From: Torpedo marmorata
Taxonomy: Eukaryota
Assembly: GCA_977017645.1 (NCBI GenBank)
Contig: OZ360246.1
Location: 29,202,001 to 29,266,000 of the forward strand
Length of the DNA stretch: 64,000 nt
Reading direction: 5' to 3'
Of this stretch, positions 38,046 through 51,464 are shown one piece after another (within the stretch, counting starts at the first letter, position 1; the number at the start of each line of letters is the position of its first letter). The notes beneath the pieces were generated by a model. That model was not told the DNA's origin and did no database searches. It saw only the letters and a list, made by a program, of their open reading frames with translations. Position numbers and translations under genes: made by a program.

Positions 38046-39097
38046 CTTAAAAAAAAATCTTAGCCTTGAACAGAGGAAGGGAAAGGCTGTGAATAGTTTG
38101 AGGTAAGTGTGCAGTAATTAACCTGGACCTTGTAACAGCAGTCCGTCATGTACTTTTGGCAGAGGAGGGAGGTATGAGGTAGAACAATGCCTCATTGATA
38201 GAACAGTATAATTTCAACATTTCTTATACCGTGAAAGATATCCCCCACAGCTGCTGGGTTGAGCCGTCTGTTCTGAGGGTCCAGCATGATTTGCTCCTTT
38301 CAGAATGACAGCAATATTAAGGGCTTTTTGGTTAATTACAGCCAGAAAATGTGACAAGAACACAGCTGGGGAAAGTTAACCAGTCACATTCAGTGCACTT
38401 GGGAGGTGATAAAGATAATGATACGCAGGAATTGAAAGTTTGGTCCGTCAGATGCCAGTTAACGCCGTTTCCTTGGTAACAGTACTGTGCGAGCATTCGG
38501 CTCCTTTTCCCAGACTGACAGAAAGGCACACCGCTGGCCCATTGATCCGGTGCGCAAGGCAATGTCAGGAAGGGGCAGCCAAGATTCTGCTAACACTGCA
38601 GACTCCCAATTCAAAACACAGCCATCGCTGTGTGGATTCTGAAGTCGGAGAGCGCCCTGTTTAAAAGGCTGCAAAGATGCAGGGAAATATGAGAATGTAA
38701 CCATTGACATGGAAACAACTAGTTTTCAGTGAGGACTTGGAAGATGCTTGAAACCAGAGTAGGGTGACAATTCCAAAAGAAGGACATGGTCATATATATA
38801 TATATATATGGGTATATATATATATATACAGTGTGTTTCAAAAAATTTTTTTTTTAATATAAGATTTAAATGGTATTGCAAAAACAACAAATGCAAACAC
38901 ACTGTATATATATATGGTAACCTATGACCATTTCCTCCTTTTGGAATGGCCACCCGAAACCAGAGGTAGAGTTCTGATTCAATAATCTTGTGATTTTCTC
39001 ATGAGATCTACACTTTATGTATGAGTGTGAGTATACCTTTGAGGATTGTGTGCCCCTTTAAGAACTGCATGTATCATGTGCTGAATGACTTTTGATA

Positions 39098-39333
39098 TTA
39101 AATTTAGACATACGGCACGGTAACAGGCCCTTCCGGCCCATGCCACCCAAATATCAAAATTAACCTTCAACCCTTGTACGTTTTGAAAGGTGGGAGGAAA
39201 CCAGAGCGCCCGGAGGAAACCCACGCAGACATGGGGAGAACGTACAAACTCCTTACAGAAAGCTCCAGATTTGAACCCGGGTCGCTTGCGCTATAATAGC
39301 GTTGCGCTAACCGCTATGCTAACCGTGCTGCCC
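39098..39333 (-). mobile_element. V-SINE copy
   Basis: Same family as 8227-8486; possible short TSD tgatat. Confidence 0.85.
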
Positions 39334-39854
39334 TGATATATTGCTGAATCAGCACTAATGTTAGTTGATAGTTGACTGCCTTTGTTAAAGAGTATTTTGC
39401 TGGGACTCTGTTATTTGCCTTCTAGAGAAACAGCATCAAAGAGTCTCCAGCCACTGCTCTGAGGACGAGGATTGAGCTGAAAGCAAGTATGAAATGAATA
39501 GAGAGCCCCATAATCATTTAACGCAGCATAACAAGCATGGCAGGTGCATTAAGGGGCTGGAGAAAACAGTTGGTGAATTCTCAAATGGGGAATCTCCAGC
39601 CCTTTTTTTAAAGTGAATCCTGTTGGACGTCCTAGTGTGTGGATTAGCAACAAGTGTACCAATTGTCTTAGAATACATGTTGAAGATGGTCCAGTGCTTT
39701 TAAGTGTTGAGGCGTGGAAGCAATGACAATAGGGTGAAAGTTCTTGAAGAAATTAGGTGTTTTTATAGACGGTTAGTTATGTGATTCACGCAAGTGTGAT
39801 CAGTCCCCGGTACATTCCCCAGTCAGTAATGGTCTGCAACTGTAATTATACAGT

Positions 39855-40330
39855 TACAGGTGAGGCTACAGCTGCAGTATTGTGTACAGATGTTAGCTCC
39901 TTACTTAAAAAGAGGTATATTTACCAGAGAGAGAATGCAGCAAAGACTCACTAAATTAGTTCCTGGGATGGTGTTTATTGTGTGGGGAAAGAGGAATAGA
40001 CTAGAGAATTCTAGAATAGAACAAGAGATGATCTGTTTGAAGCTTCCAGGCTGGATGCAGGGGTCTAGAAAACATGGGCAGAGTCTCAAAATCCAGGGAA
40101 AACCATTTAGGACTGAGATGCAAAAAATATTTTTACACAAAAGTTGATGAACCTTTGGAATTCCCTACTCCAAAACCTCAGTCATTCAAAACCTCAATTA
40201 ATAGATTTCTAGATGTTAAGCGAATCAAGGGATAGTGCCAGAAAATGATGTTGAGGACAAGATCATCCATGATCTTAATGAATCTTAGAGCGAGTTTCAA
40301 GGGCCAGGTAGCTGACTCCCATTCCTAATT
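39855..40330 (+). mobile_element. Old CR1 LINE 3' fragment
   Basis: VRLQLQYCVQ...ERMQQRLTKLVPGM remnant followed by a CR1-type tail. Confidence 0.7.
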
Positions 40331-41384
40331 CTTATGCAACACACGAATGACGGGATCCAATAACGAGGAAATGTCAGTGGGCATGTTGATTGGCATTTGT
40401 CACACAGCCAAAGAGGATGGCACAGTGCTGTTATGGCTAGGGTTAAGGTTAGGGTTACCCTAACCCTAACTTTACTGATTGGGAAGGCAGTGTATCGGAA
40501 ATTCCCCAACCGCTTTTTATAGCAGCAGTTGGACTCCAATAGAGGAGGAAGAGATCATAAGAGCAGAATTAGGACATACGGCCCATCGAGTCTGTTCCGC
40601 CATTCAAATCATGGCTGATGTATTCTTCCTTTCAACCCCATTGAAAGGATACGAGTTGTGGGGAACACAAAATGTTGGGTCATCAGTAGAAAAGGTTTGG
40701 TCCAGCTCTCTATTCGAGGTGGAGACCAGGAGTGTGCAGTTATTGTGGGCTAAGATTGGAGGGAGGGATTAGGTGACTGAGAGGATAGTAGTGTGGTGCA
40801 GTGAAGGGATCCAGCAGACACTCATTTTTCAGGGTACATTGACCCCATCCAAAGAGACCAAGATCTACAGCTCACAGGGACTGCCTGACCAGAGTTGTAA
40901 ACTGTAAGCCAAAGATGTAGTCGTGCAAAAAGGGAGATCTGGGGCCAACTGTCTGCACAACTCCTTAACATTTTTGGACCAATGGGAATACTCGCAACCC
41001 CATACTCGCAAGATGCTTAGAGGCAAAGTCTGTAAATTGCTGGGACTGTATGAGTGTGCAAGTTCACCAGTTTCAAAGATCCATGCACAGGGTGGAAGGC
41101 TCGAAGCTGTAGCAAAGAAATTTTAAATATATCTGGCACAGATGATGCTGCTGCAGAAGATGTAAACTCCACACACGCAGCACCAGAGGTCAGGATTGAA
41201 GCCGGGTTTCTTGCTCTACGAGGCAGTGGATCTACTTGCTGCACCGCTCTGCCGATTCACTTTGCAATGTAACCTGAAAAATCCAGCCACATTGATGAGC
41301 ACTTACATGTTCACGACCTGGTGAGTCTCTAATACGGTACTTTGCGAATCTGCCCCCCCCCCCACCCTGTCTCCCTCTCATCAT

Positions 41385-41870
41385 TATAGGGAGGATGTGG
41401 AAGCTATGGAGAGGGTGCAGAGGAGATTTACCAGGACGTTGCCTGGATTGGAAAATAAGGCTTATGAGGCAAGATTAGCAGAGCTGGGTCTTTTCTCTTT
41501 GGGGTGAAGAAGGATGAAAGGTGGAAGGTCCCAAGACAAGATTCTGAGAGGCATAGATAAGGTAGACAGCAAGAACCTTTTTCCTAGGACGGGAGCAGCA
41601 AACACCAGAGGACATCTGTATAAAGTGAAGGGAGGAAAGTTTAGGGGAGACATCAGGGGTAAGTTTTTTTTTTTTTACACAGAGAGTGTGGGTGCCTGGA
41701 ATGCATTGCCAGGGGTGGTGGTGGAGGCTGAAACATTAGACAGACACATGGATGAAAGGAAAAATAGAGGGTTATGAGGTAGGAAGGGTTTATTTTTTTT
41801 TTGGTAAGAATATATAGGTCGGCACAACATCGAGGGCCAAAGGGCCTATACTGTGCTTTTGTGTTCTCTG
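41385..41870 (+). mobile_element. CR1 (HER1-like) LINE 3' fragment
   Basis: DVEAMERVQRRFTRTLPGLE...; tail gggccaaagggcctatactgtgc; same family as 51465-52310. Confidence 0.85.
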
Positions 41871-42689
41871 TTCATTCTCTGCAGATCATTGAATTGTGGA
41901 AATTTACTCCAGAGGCCATTTGCCCATTGTGTCCAATACTGACCAAAAGTAAAACTACGTTAGTTCCCCTTCTCTCTGAGGTCTTGGCTTGTGGCTCTTC
42001 AAGCGAGATTCCCTGGATGGTAATCATTCAAGTGCACATCCAGGTAGTTGTTCAATGTGACTGTTTTCTTCAGGTAACCCTGACTGCTGGGAACTGGCAT
42101 ATTGGGAACCAGTCTCCGATAACAGGGTCGACTGTTTCCATCCCAGGCTAATTAAAATCAGCAGGAAATGGCTGGGTTTCACTTGATTTCAAATCTTTAT
42201 AGCTGTTACAAAGTGTGACAATGTAAAGTTTTCCCCAAATAGTTTGTATTTGTTTTAGTGGATTTAACACAGCACATTGTCTCAAGAATCTTCACAAAAA
42301 AAATCAAGCAAAATTAGGTAACAAGTGATGTAGAGATACAAGGAGGTGCATAAAACCTTGGTCAAAGATCCAGGGTTTGAGCAAAATTTGGAGAGGTGGT
42401 GATATTTGGGAAGGGAATTCCAGAGGTTAATGCCTGCAAGGCCCTGGGATGATGAAAACGGGGATGCACAAGAGACCAAACATGGAGAAATGGGGCATTC
42501 TTGGAGGGCAGGGGGTCTGGAGGAGAGACACAGATATGGCAAGAGCAGAAGAATAAGGGGAGAAAGTTTAATTTGCAGGCGTGTTTGAACTCCATTCCAA
42601 TGTAGCAATATGGAAGGTCCCAAGGCATTGCTCACTTGGATCTGTATGCCTTGAAGTTCAAAAGAATGAGGGGTGAACATGGAAGATTT

Positions 42690-43035
42690 TGAGGGGCCAA
42701 TGACAGGTAGATGTTGAGATGTTTCCACTGGTGGGAGAACCTTGAATGAGGGACAGATATAAGATCAGGGGCCAGTAATTTAAAACCGAGGTGTGCAGAC
42801 ATTTTGTTTTGCAGAGAATGGTGAATGTTTGAAATTCTGAATCTAGGAGGGTGGTGGAGGTTTGATGAAGCATTTAAGGCAGAGGTAGATACATTTTGAA
42901 AGGTTGGCGAATTGAAGGCAATGGTGGCCAAGGGGAATTGGCTCAGAAGAGGCGTGGAGGCCAGCAGAGATCAGCCACGATTATATTGAATGGCAGGGCA
43001 GGTTTGAGAGGCCTGGTGGTCGACTCCTACTTTGT
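42690..43035 (+). mobile_element. Old CR1 LINE 3' end
   Basis: gatgtttccactggtgggagaac...gaatggcagggcaggtttgagaggcc...actcctac tail. Confidence 0.7.
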
Positions 43036-45144
43036 GCTCTCCGTATGGCCGATTATGACCTGCTTAAAGCACAATATTTATTCCGCGTCTAATGGGTCAA
43101 ACTTCAGCTGCTTTCATATTTCGAGAGAGTTGCTGATGCAGTGCCAACTGTAGGCTGAAGATAAGCCAGCTCGATTTAACAAAACCACTACGAGGGAAGA
43201 CAGTTACAGAAAAAATAAACTCCAAGTTGAGATATGGTGTAATTTTAGTAAATTAGAGATAACTTATTCACAAACATATTCTTGGCTTAACCCGAGTTCC
43301 AGTTGGCTTGCTTTTTCTAGAATGCCAGAATAAAATTTGTGTGTGTGTGGTCTTAAGATACGAAGAGTGACAGGTAGTCTCACAGGTTTGTCAGGCTCGT
43401 GATAAGTAGATGCAGTGTATGTGCGTACGTACTATGTTTGCAGGAAGTGGCTGTTGCATGTGCCATTTTTAACTGATTATTGTTGAGAAACATTTCTCAA
43501 CGTCTTTTTTTAACATTAAAAGTGGTTGATAGTTTGCAAAGAAACTTTCACAAGGACACCCAATGGATTGCGGACACATGAGAGACCACAGACAGCGGAA
43601 TCTGAGGCGAAACACAATCTGCTGGAGGAACTCAGCGGGTCAAGCATCATCAGTGGGAGAAAAAGAACGGTTGACATTTCGGGTCAGAACCCACCTGAGT
43701 TTGTCCAGCAGATTTTTGTTGCACCTAATGGTTTGTGCCTTAAATTGCATTGTGACAGTTGACATAGAAGAACTCAATGTAAATTAAGAAAAATTGACAA
43801 TAAAAACTGACAATGTGCATAGGATGTGTATGGTTTACTCAAGAATTTTAATATAGACAGAAAAAGAATGATTATTCGTTTGTTTCTTTCCTGGGTCTAA
43901 TTACTGTATTTTTATTGGTACTTGTTGCAATCTCAGCTAATTTAAACCAAATCCAGTTAATCTGGATTCTATACAAGGGAACAAATGAATGCTCGTTAAC
44001 TACTGTTAATGAAGCAGGAGGTAGACTGAAACAAAGGACAGAACTCTGAAAAATGGGAACTATTTCCTCAGTTATTGACCACCACAACTGACTCTGTTGG
44101 CACATTGGAACAGCTGCAGCCGTATTATCGACAGATATTGCACCTTCTTTCTTTTGCCTGTCTCTTACATGCAGAGTGTTGGGACTGCTGAGACTAATAC
44201 GCTCCTGCATAATCTCTCACATCTGTTTAGTCTTAACGCTGAGGACTGAAGGCTTGTATAAAGTCTGGGTTTATGGTTTGGGCCTTGGGGCATTTGTCAT
44301 TTCCAGACATCTGCTGACCAAATGCTGTTGGCTTATTGTTTATTAAAGAGACGTAATCCGATAGCTGTTCATCGGCACTAATCCCAGTAAAGTCTTGTGC
44401 TCTGTGAATTGCTCCTCAGATTTCTAAAGGAGCATGGTAAAATATACATAAGAAGCTACCCACTGACAAGTGTTAAATGTTTAACGCTAAATGGCCATTG
44501 GGGAAAGGGGACCTGGGATAATGAGAAAGGAAAATGATCACTTAGATTTATCAAAACCTTTCACATGGCCAGTATTGTCCAATGCAGAAGTGATTAATGT
44601 GTCATTTCCTAAATACCATCAATGATCTTACCTAGAGATACTGGGGTTCAAAATGTGCAGAGGAAGGTCCCACAACCAAGAAATCAATTCATCCATTTAG
44701 AGCCAAGTTCCGACAATTGAGCTGAGCCAAATATATATATATATATACAAATGGGATTAATGTGGTAATAGTGTAAATGGGTGTTTGATTATTGGTGCAG
44801 ACTCGGTGAGCCGAAGGGCCTATAATTATATTATTCATAGTCTTCAATCTTCTTTTGGTATTGAATGAGATGTTTCTGCCTGGACCATGCTTCAATGTGC
44901 AGGAGTTGAGTTCCCAATACGAGTCATGGTTCTTTGGAGGAACGTCAACTGCTTCTTTAAATGAGAGTGAAGAAACAAAAAGTTTGGCCACTCTGGCCAG
45001 CTCCTGAATTGAACTCTCAGTGGTGCAATGTGCAGTGGCTGCAAGAGATCTCTCTCGTCTAAAGTTAACCATTTTCCAGTTTAGAACCTTTCTGAAGTGC
45101 AGAGTTGGAAGATCACAGGACAGTTACTTGCCCCACTGCAACAA

Positions 45145-45690
45145 GTTCAAGTTTATTGTCACATTATACCTGCTACAGTAAGAAGGGGTTTTCTGTGAGT
45201 CCAGCAAGTCAACTGTAACATGCATACAGCCGTACAAAGTAGAAGAGCAAGAGGGCAGTTGAGGAGTATGGGGTTACACTGTAAAGGCCAGCTAGTTCAA
45301 ATCAAGGGCAGCATCAAAGCACTGTGCTGAGAATTCAGGAGCCTGCTGGCTGTGGGGAAGAAACTTTTTTGAAGCTGATGGTGCTGATTTCACACTCTTG
45401 ACCTTCTCGCTGTTGGGAGGAGGGAGAAGAGAGCGTGCTGGGGTGGGATGGGTCCTTCAGTGTGTTGGCTGCCTTTCCTAGGCAGTGGAAGGTGCAGATG
45501 GAGTTGATGGATGGGAGGGAGGTTTGTGTGATGTTCTTCCTGCAACTCATTCTGAGTAACTCCTGTAGCACGCTGTGATGCACTCAGCTAATATAATTTT
45601 GATGGTGCTACTGCAGAAGGAGTTGAGGGACATGTGAACCTCCTCAGTCTTCTAAGAAGGTAGAAGTCTTGACCGCTGCATCAACATGCT
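45145..45690 (-). mobile_element. Rex1-type LINE 3' fragment
   Basis: LPSINSICTFHCLGKAANTLKDPSHP; tail tgacaataaacttgaac on the minus strand. Confidence 0.75.
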
Positions 45691-46253
45691 TGAACCAACC
45701 AGGATTAAACATCCTTTTGATGACACGTCAGTGTGAAGTATCCAATAGCCAACATCCACTGGTGGGATTTTGCACAGTGTGAATGGGCCTTTGCTCTCCT
45801 CCGAATTTGAACGCTGGGATATAATGGTCTGTAATGATCAAGTTCGGACCAACATGAACTTAGCTCACAGGATGTGGATCAGCAGAACTGCACCCAAATT
45901 GGAGTCTCACTCAGACATCACGAGGCCAACCTTTGAAAGGAGTGGAAAAATCAAACTTGGTACTGTTGGAGGGATGGTTTCTGAGGGGTTGGAGGGAGTT
46001 GATTTCAGAGGTTGGGGTTAAGGTATATTGTTGGAGCAGAGAAAGAATTTTATTTCACATGTTATATCTGAATTGGAAGTACTTGAAGATGTAAAGTACA
46101 TGAGTGGTGATTGAGGTAATCATTACTATTAGAATGTAATATCACAATAACTATTCTCCTTTTCCAAACACAAATGGCATTTAGCCAAGGATGTTGCTCA
46201 GTAATGGTTGACGTGCCTGTGGAGAGGTAGATTATTTCTTGGCGAGTAACTAC

Positions 46254-47088
46254 TGTTGTGGACCACGACCGACCATTTGGACTGCGGACGGTCAGCAGGA
46301 AGGATGACGTCTTTTGGAGTACACACTGGGACCAGGTACGGAAAGAGTTAACTTGCCCAGGACTGGCTGTGCTGAGAGAGACACACACATAGAGAGAGAG
46401 ACAGGGTGTGGAAAGATACTTTGTTGCACTTTTGCAAAAGCAGGTGCAAACCCCTGCAAAAAGCATTTAGTTTGTAGTTGCAAAGGCTGGAGAGAACAGC
46501 AAACACAGAGGCTTGTGCATTCCAGCTAGAAATGCTTGGAGAAGAACACATGGCCTCCTGTATCAGCAAAATCCTAAGATAAAGCAACTTTCGTGGAGAA
46601 CAGGCGTGAGATCAGCGAGACAGGCTGTGAGATCCAAGTATACACCTTAATCAGTGGTATACTGATTTGGAATCGCAATCCTACCAAAAGGGAAGAAAAG
46701 CAGGCCAAGCATTCGTACGCTTAAACAGTCATTGTCTCTCTCTCCAACGTTCATTAAGAAGTCCTTCGTGCCAGCACACAGAGCTGAATTTGGACCCTGA
46801 CCATAGAGAGTGATTTTTGTGGACAGTATTTTTGGGACTGACTTATTTTTGTGTCTGACCTGGGGTTTTGGGGAAGGTTTTTCCATTTTTACATGAGGGT
46901 TGGGCACAGACTGTAATGGTCTGGGCTTTACACACACACACTCTTTAGATAAGAATAGTGCTTATAGACGTTTATAGTGGGGTTAATTGTTAAGAAATTA
47001 TATGTTTAATTGTCTTTAATAAATATAAATTTCAATTTTACCCCTTTTGCATTGCGTCTTCTGTCGTTGCTGGTTTGAATTTGTAACA
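46254..47088 (+). mobile_element. Solo LTR, family A, copy 3 (835 bp)
   Basis: TGTTG...TAACA ends; 4-bp TSD ctac (46250-53, 47089-92); a 4-bp TSD fits Gypsy or class I ERV. Confidence 0.9.
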
Positions 47089-47625
47089 CTACGTAGACAC
47101 AAAGGAAGCCGTCTTCATCATCCAAGGATGTAACATCAGGTTTTGACAGACATTGACGATAGTGGCTCCATGTCATCACTCTCTCAGCACCTCCATTGAC
47201 TGCACACGTCAGTCTGTTCCCATAATATTCAGTCCTGAAACAGCTGCACTATCCTCAAGTTAAGCACTGGGAAGATCAAAAGCTCAAACTTCTGTTTATA
47301 ATAAAGGCAAAACTGTCAGCATTTGCCATCATTACTTTGTGAGAGTGACATCCACATGTGTAATCAAGCATGGAAATCCAGCAGTTGCAGTGCGCACTGC
47401 TACTGCCATTGATGAGGCAATCCACACAATCACCAAACTTGACATGAACTTTCACTGGGCATTATTATGCTTGCTTTCAAACCCTAGAACAATCGTATGC
47501 TTGATTAAAAGAGGTGCAACTGAGCTTTTAACAACTTACACCATAATTACTTCCAATGCCTTGTCCTGAAAAGCTAAATTCCTTACATTTGGAGCTGATT
47601 TTTATGAATATTGCAAAATGTTGTA

Positions 47626-47845
47626 CAGTAAAACTCCCAGCATCTGGTACCTATGGGGATTGGTAGATGACGGATAAATGAATTTGCCGGTTGTTTGAGA
47701 TTGTGTGTTGCGTGATTGGCGAACTGACCACTAGGGGCGGCAATTTTAAACTTTTGGATTTTTTACCTATATATTTTCCGCAATTTTTTTGCCGGTTGTT
47801 AGAGGCTGCCGGTTGCTAGAATTCCGGATAACGGGGATTTTACTG
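47626..47845. mobile_element. Tigger/pogo-like MITE
   Basis: Termini CAGTAAAA...TTTTACTG flanked by TA at 47624-25 and 47846-47. Confidence 0.8.
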
Positions 47846-48445
47846 TATATCTAAAAATACTTGTATTAGTTTTAAAAGTGCATTTATCTTTCAGATTCCT
47901 CTTTAATCAATGCATATATTCTAATCGGTGTTTACTGTAAAGTGTTTATGAAATTTTAATTCCTGGTTTGCGGTCTGGATTCTTTAATTCTTTAATCTGA
48001 TGGCCCAGCCAGGAAGATGGACTCCCAGTAGTTGAAAGCCACAGACCTACTGTGTCAGATTTTCTTCAGATAATGCATCACGCAGTCCCAATGCATTGAG
48101 ATTTTCCATTCCCCGCAATAACTATTGACGATCCATTTTGTTCCCAAATCATTCTGTTTCACCAACTTATATTTGGGAGCGTGGTGGAGACAAAAACTCT
48201 GATCAGTTTTAAAAAGGACCAGGACAAGTGCTTGAAGAGGTGTGACCTGCAGTGCTAAGGTTCCAGGGCTGGAATGTGGACTTACACTGAACTGGTGCCT
48301 TTTTGCCCAGCACATCCAAATGACCCTCTTCTGTATGGTGAATTTTCTGTAATTCCTCATGAATGACCCTGGACAGCGAGTGGCAGAGGGATATATACTG
48401 TATCCTTGAGATGAATCTTGTCAGAACCAGTTCAGTTCTTTTAAA

Positions 48446-51332
48446 TAAAAACACCGAAATGCTGGAGGAACTCAGCTGGTCTTTTCAGCATCTATAGGAG
48501 ACAAAGATATTTTGCCGACGTTTCGGGCCTGAGCCCTTCTTCAAGGAAAAATCAGGAAAGGCAGAAGCAGGATATATCAGAAAGTCTCAGAATTCAAACA
48601 ATGGGGGAGGAATCCAGACCAACAAAAGGTGTTAATTGGATGTGATAAGGGACTAGGTGTAACTTATCATGTCTGTGCGAAAGGAGACAGGGAATGGAGA
48701 GATGACGGGGGAAGCAGGGGGTGGGGTTTTAACGAAAGCCAGAGAAGTCGATATCAATGCCATCCGGTTGGAGGGTGCCCAGTCGGAAGATGAGGTGTTG
48801 TTCCTCCAATTTACGGGTGGTCTCAGTCTGGCAGTGCATGAGACCATAGACAGACATATCAGCAAGGGAATGGGATGGAGAATTGAAATGGGTGGCCACT
48901 GGGAGATCCACACTATTGCAGCGGACAGAGCCGAGGAGCTCAACAAAGTGATCTCACAGTCTGCGTCCAGTCTCTCCGATGTAGAGGAGACCACAGCGGG
49001 AGCACCGGATGCAGTAGATGATTCCTGCAGATTCACAAGTGAAATGTTGCTTCACTTGGAAGGACTGTTTGGGGCCTCGAATGGTGCTGAGGGAGGAGGT
49101 GTGGGCGCAAATGGAGCATCTCCTGTGGTCACAGAGGTAGGTCCGAAGGGGACGATTGGTGGGGAGGGAGGAGTGGACAAGGGAGTCACGGAGGGAGCGG
49201 TCCCTGCGGAAGGCGGAGAGGGGAATATGTGTCTAGTGGTGGGATCACATAGTAGGTGGTGGAAATGGCGGAGGAGGATGTGTTGGATGTGGAGGCTGGT
49301 GGGGTGGTAGGTGAGGACAAGAGGAATCCTGTCCTTGTTGCGCGTGGGGGCGGAGGGGGCCAGGGCAGATGTGCATGTAATGGAGGATATGCGGTTGTGC
49401 CGAGTTGATGGTGGTAGAGGGAAAGCCACGTTGTTTGAAGAAGGAGGACATCTCTGATGATCTGGCATAGAAGTCCTCATCCAGGGTGCAGATGCGATAG
49501 AGACAGAGGAATTGAGAGAATGGAATGGAATCCTTACAGGGGACAGGGTGGGAAGAGGTGTAGTCGAGGTAGCTGTGGGAGTTGGTGGGTTTATAGAAGA
49601 TGTCTGTCGAGAGTTTGTCTCCTGAGATGGAGACAGAGAGATTGAGGAAAGGGAGAGTGTTGCTAGAGATGGACCAAGTGAATTTGAGGTCGGGGTGGAA
49701 GTTGGCAGCAAAGTGGATGAAGTCAATAAGCTCATCATGGGTACATGAGGCAGCACCAAAGTAGTCATCGATGTAGCAGAGGAACAGTTGAGGGGCCTTG
49801 TCTGTGTAGGCTTGTAGCATGGATTGCTCCACGTAGCCAACAAAAAGGCAGGCATAGCCTGGGCCCATGAGGGTACCCATGGCTACCCCTTTAACCTGGA
49901 GAAAGTGCGATGAGTCAAAGGAGAAATTATTGAGGGTGAGGACAAGTTCTGCCAGCAGGAGGAGGGTGGTGGTGGAGGGGGACTGGTTGGTTCTATTGTC
50001 CAGAAAGAAACGAAGGGCTTTGAGGCCTTCAGTATGGAGAATGGAGGTATATAGGGATTGGATATCCATGGTAAATATGAGGCGATCAAGTTCAGGGAAC
50101 TGGAAGTTGTTGAAGTGATGGAGAGCGTGCGAAGTGTTCCGGATGTAGGTGGGGAGGGACTGGACCAAGGGGAACAAAACAGAGTCAAGGTAAGAGGAGA
50201 CCAATTCGGTGGGGCAGGAGCACGCGGACACACGATGGGTCTGCCGGGACAATTGGATTTGTGGATCTTGGGTAGGAGATAGAAACGGGTGGTACGGGGT
50301 TGGGAAACAATAAGGTTGGAGGCCGTGCCAGGGAGGTGACTGGAAGTGATGAGTTCAGAGATGGTGCGTGAAACAGTGGTTTGATGAGTTTTGGTGGGGT
50401 CCTGTTGGAGGGGTAAGTAAGAGGTGTCTGAGAGTTGTTGTCTGGCTTCGGCCAGATTGAGGTCAGTGCGCCAGACCACAACAGCGCCACCCTTGTCTGC
50501 AGGTTTGATGGTGAGGTTTGGATTGGTGCGGAGAGAGTGGAGGGCCAGGCGTTCCGAGGGGGTGAGATTGGAATGAGTGGGGGGAGTAGTGAAGTCGATA
50601 CGGTTGATGTCGCAGCGGCAGTTGGAAATATAAAGGTCCAGAGCAGGTAGAAAACCGGAACGAGGTGACCAGGAGGAGGAAGACATTTTAAAGCGGGAGA
50701 AGGGATCTGTAGTGGGGGGGGGGGGGGGGGTGGAGATTCGTGGTTGTGGAAGTAAGCATGGAGATGGAGCCGACGGAAGAAGAGTTCAACATCATGGCGT
50801 GCGCGGAACTCGTTAAGGTGTGGGCGAAGGGGGACAAAGGCCACCCATTTCAATTCTCCATCCCATTCCCTTGCCAACATGTCTGTCCATGGTCTCATGT
50901 ACTGTCAGACTGAGACCACCCGTAAATTGGAGGAACAACACCTCATCTTCCAACTGGGCACCCTCCAACCGGATGGCATTAATATCGACTTCTCTGGGTT
51001 TTGTTAAAATCACCCCCCCAACCCCACTTCCCCCGTCGTCTCTCCATTCCCTGTTTCCTTTCGCACAGACATGATAAGTTCCACCTAGTCCCTTATCATA
51101 TCCAATTAACACCTTTTGTTGGTCTGGATTCCTCCCCCATTGTTTGAATTCTGAGACTTTCTGATCTATCCTGCTTCTGCCTTTTCTGATTTTACCTTCA
51201 AGAAGGGCTCAGGCCTGAAACGTCAGCAATATATCTTTGTCTCCTATAGATGCTGAAAAGACCAGCTGAGTTCCTCCAGCATTTCAGTGTTTTTACTACA
51301 ATCACAGAGTCTGCAAGCCTATCGTGTTTCAC
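48446..51332 (-). mobile_element. Neptune-like Penelope element: disrupted RT plus GIY-YIG, with inverted pseudo-LTRs
   Basis: ORF pieces 50686-49883 (IKPADKGGAVVV, FYLLPKIHK) and 50252-49245 (MDIQSLYTSI, GVAMGT, YIDD); GIY-YIG IIYCIRCSRCGLLYIGET near 49020; arms 48446-48897 and 50839-51295 are inverted; 14-bp direct repeat tcagttcttttaaa at 48432-45 and 51333-46. Confidence 0.93.
48511..48546 (-). ncRNA. Minimal hammerhead ribozyme motif in a PLE pseudo-LTR
   Basis: CC TTGAAGA A GGGC TCAG GCCC GAAA C GTC GG: U3-variant core, 4-bp helix II, palindromic ACGT helix III, GUC site. Activity is untested. Confidence 0.65.
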
Positions 51333-51464
51333 TCAGTTCTTTTAAAGCTCATATTAATGGACCGGGGCTATTAAATTAGATGATTAGCCTGCAATTAGAT
51401 ACACATGCCTAGTGTTTGGAAAACACTCCTTTATGGGTATGAGCATGTCTGGTATGAGTGTGTG

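Noticed and set aside
37159-38106. 259-315 aa Pro/His-rich ORFs
   Set aside because: Open in all three frames only because the C-rich tract lacks stop codons.
44689-45072. 127-aa ORF and other short ORFs between 35 and 64 kb as upstream kazrin exons
   Set aside because: None resembles the kazrin coiled-coil or KKKKEK region, or any other protein I recognise.
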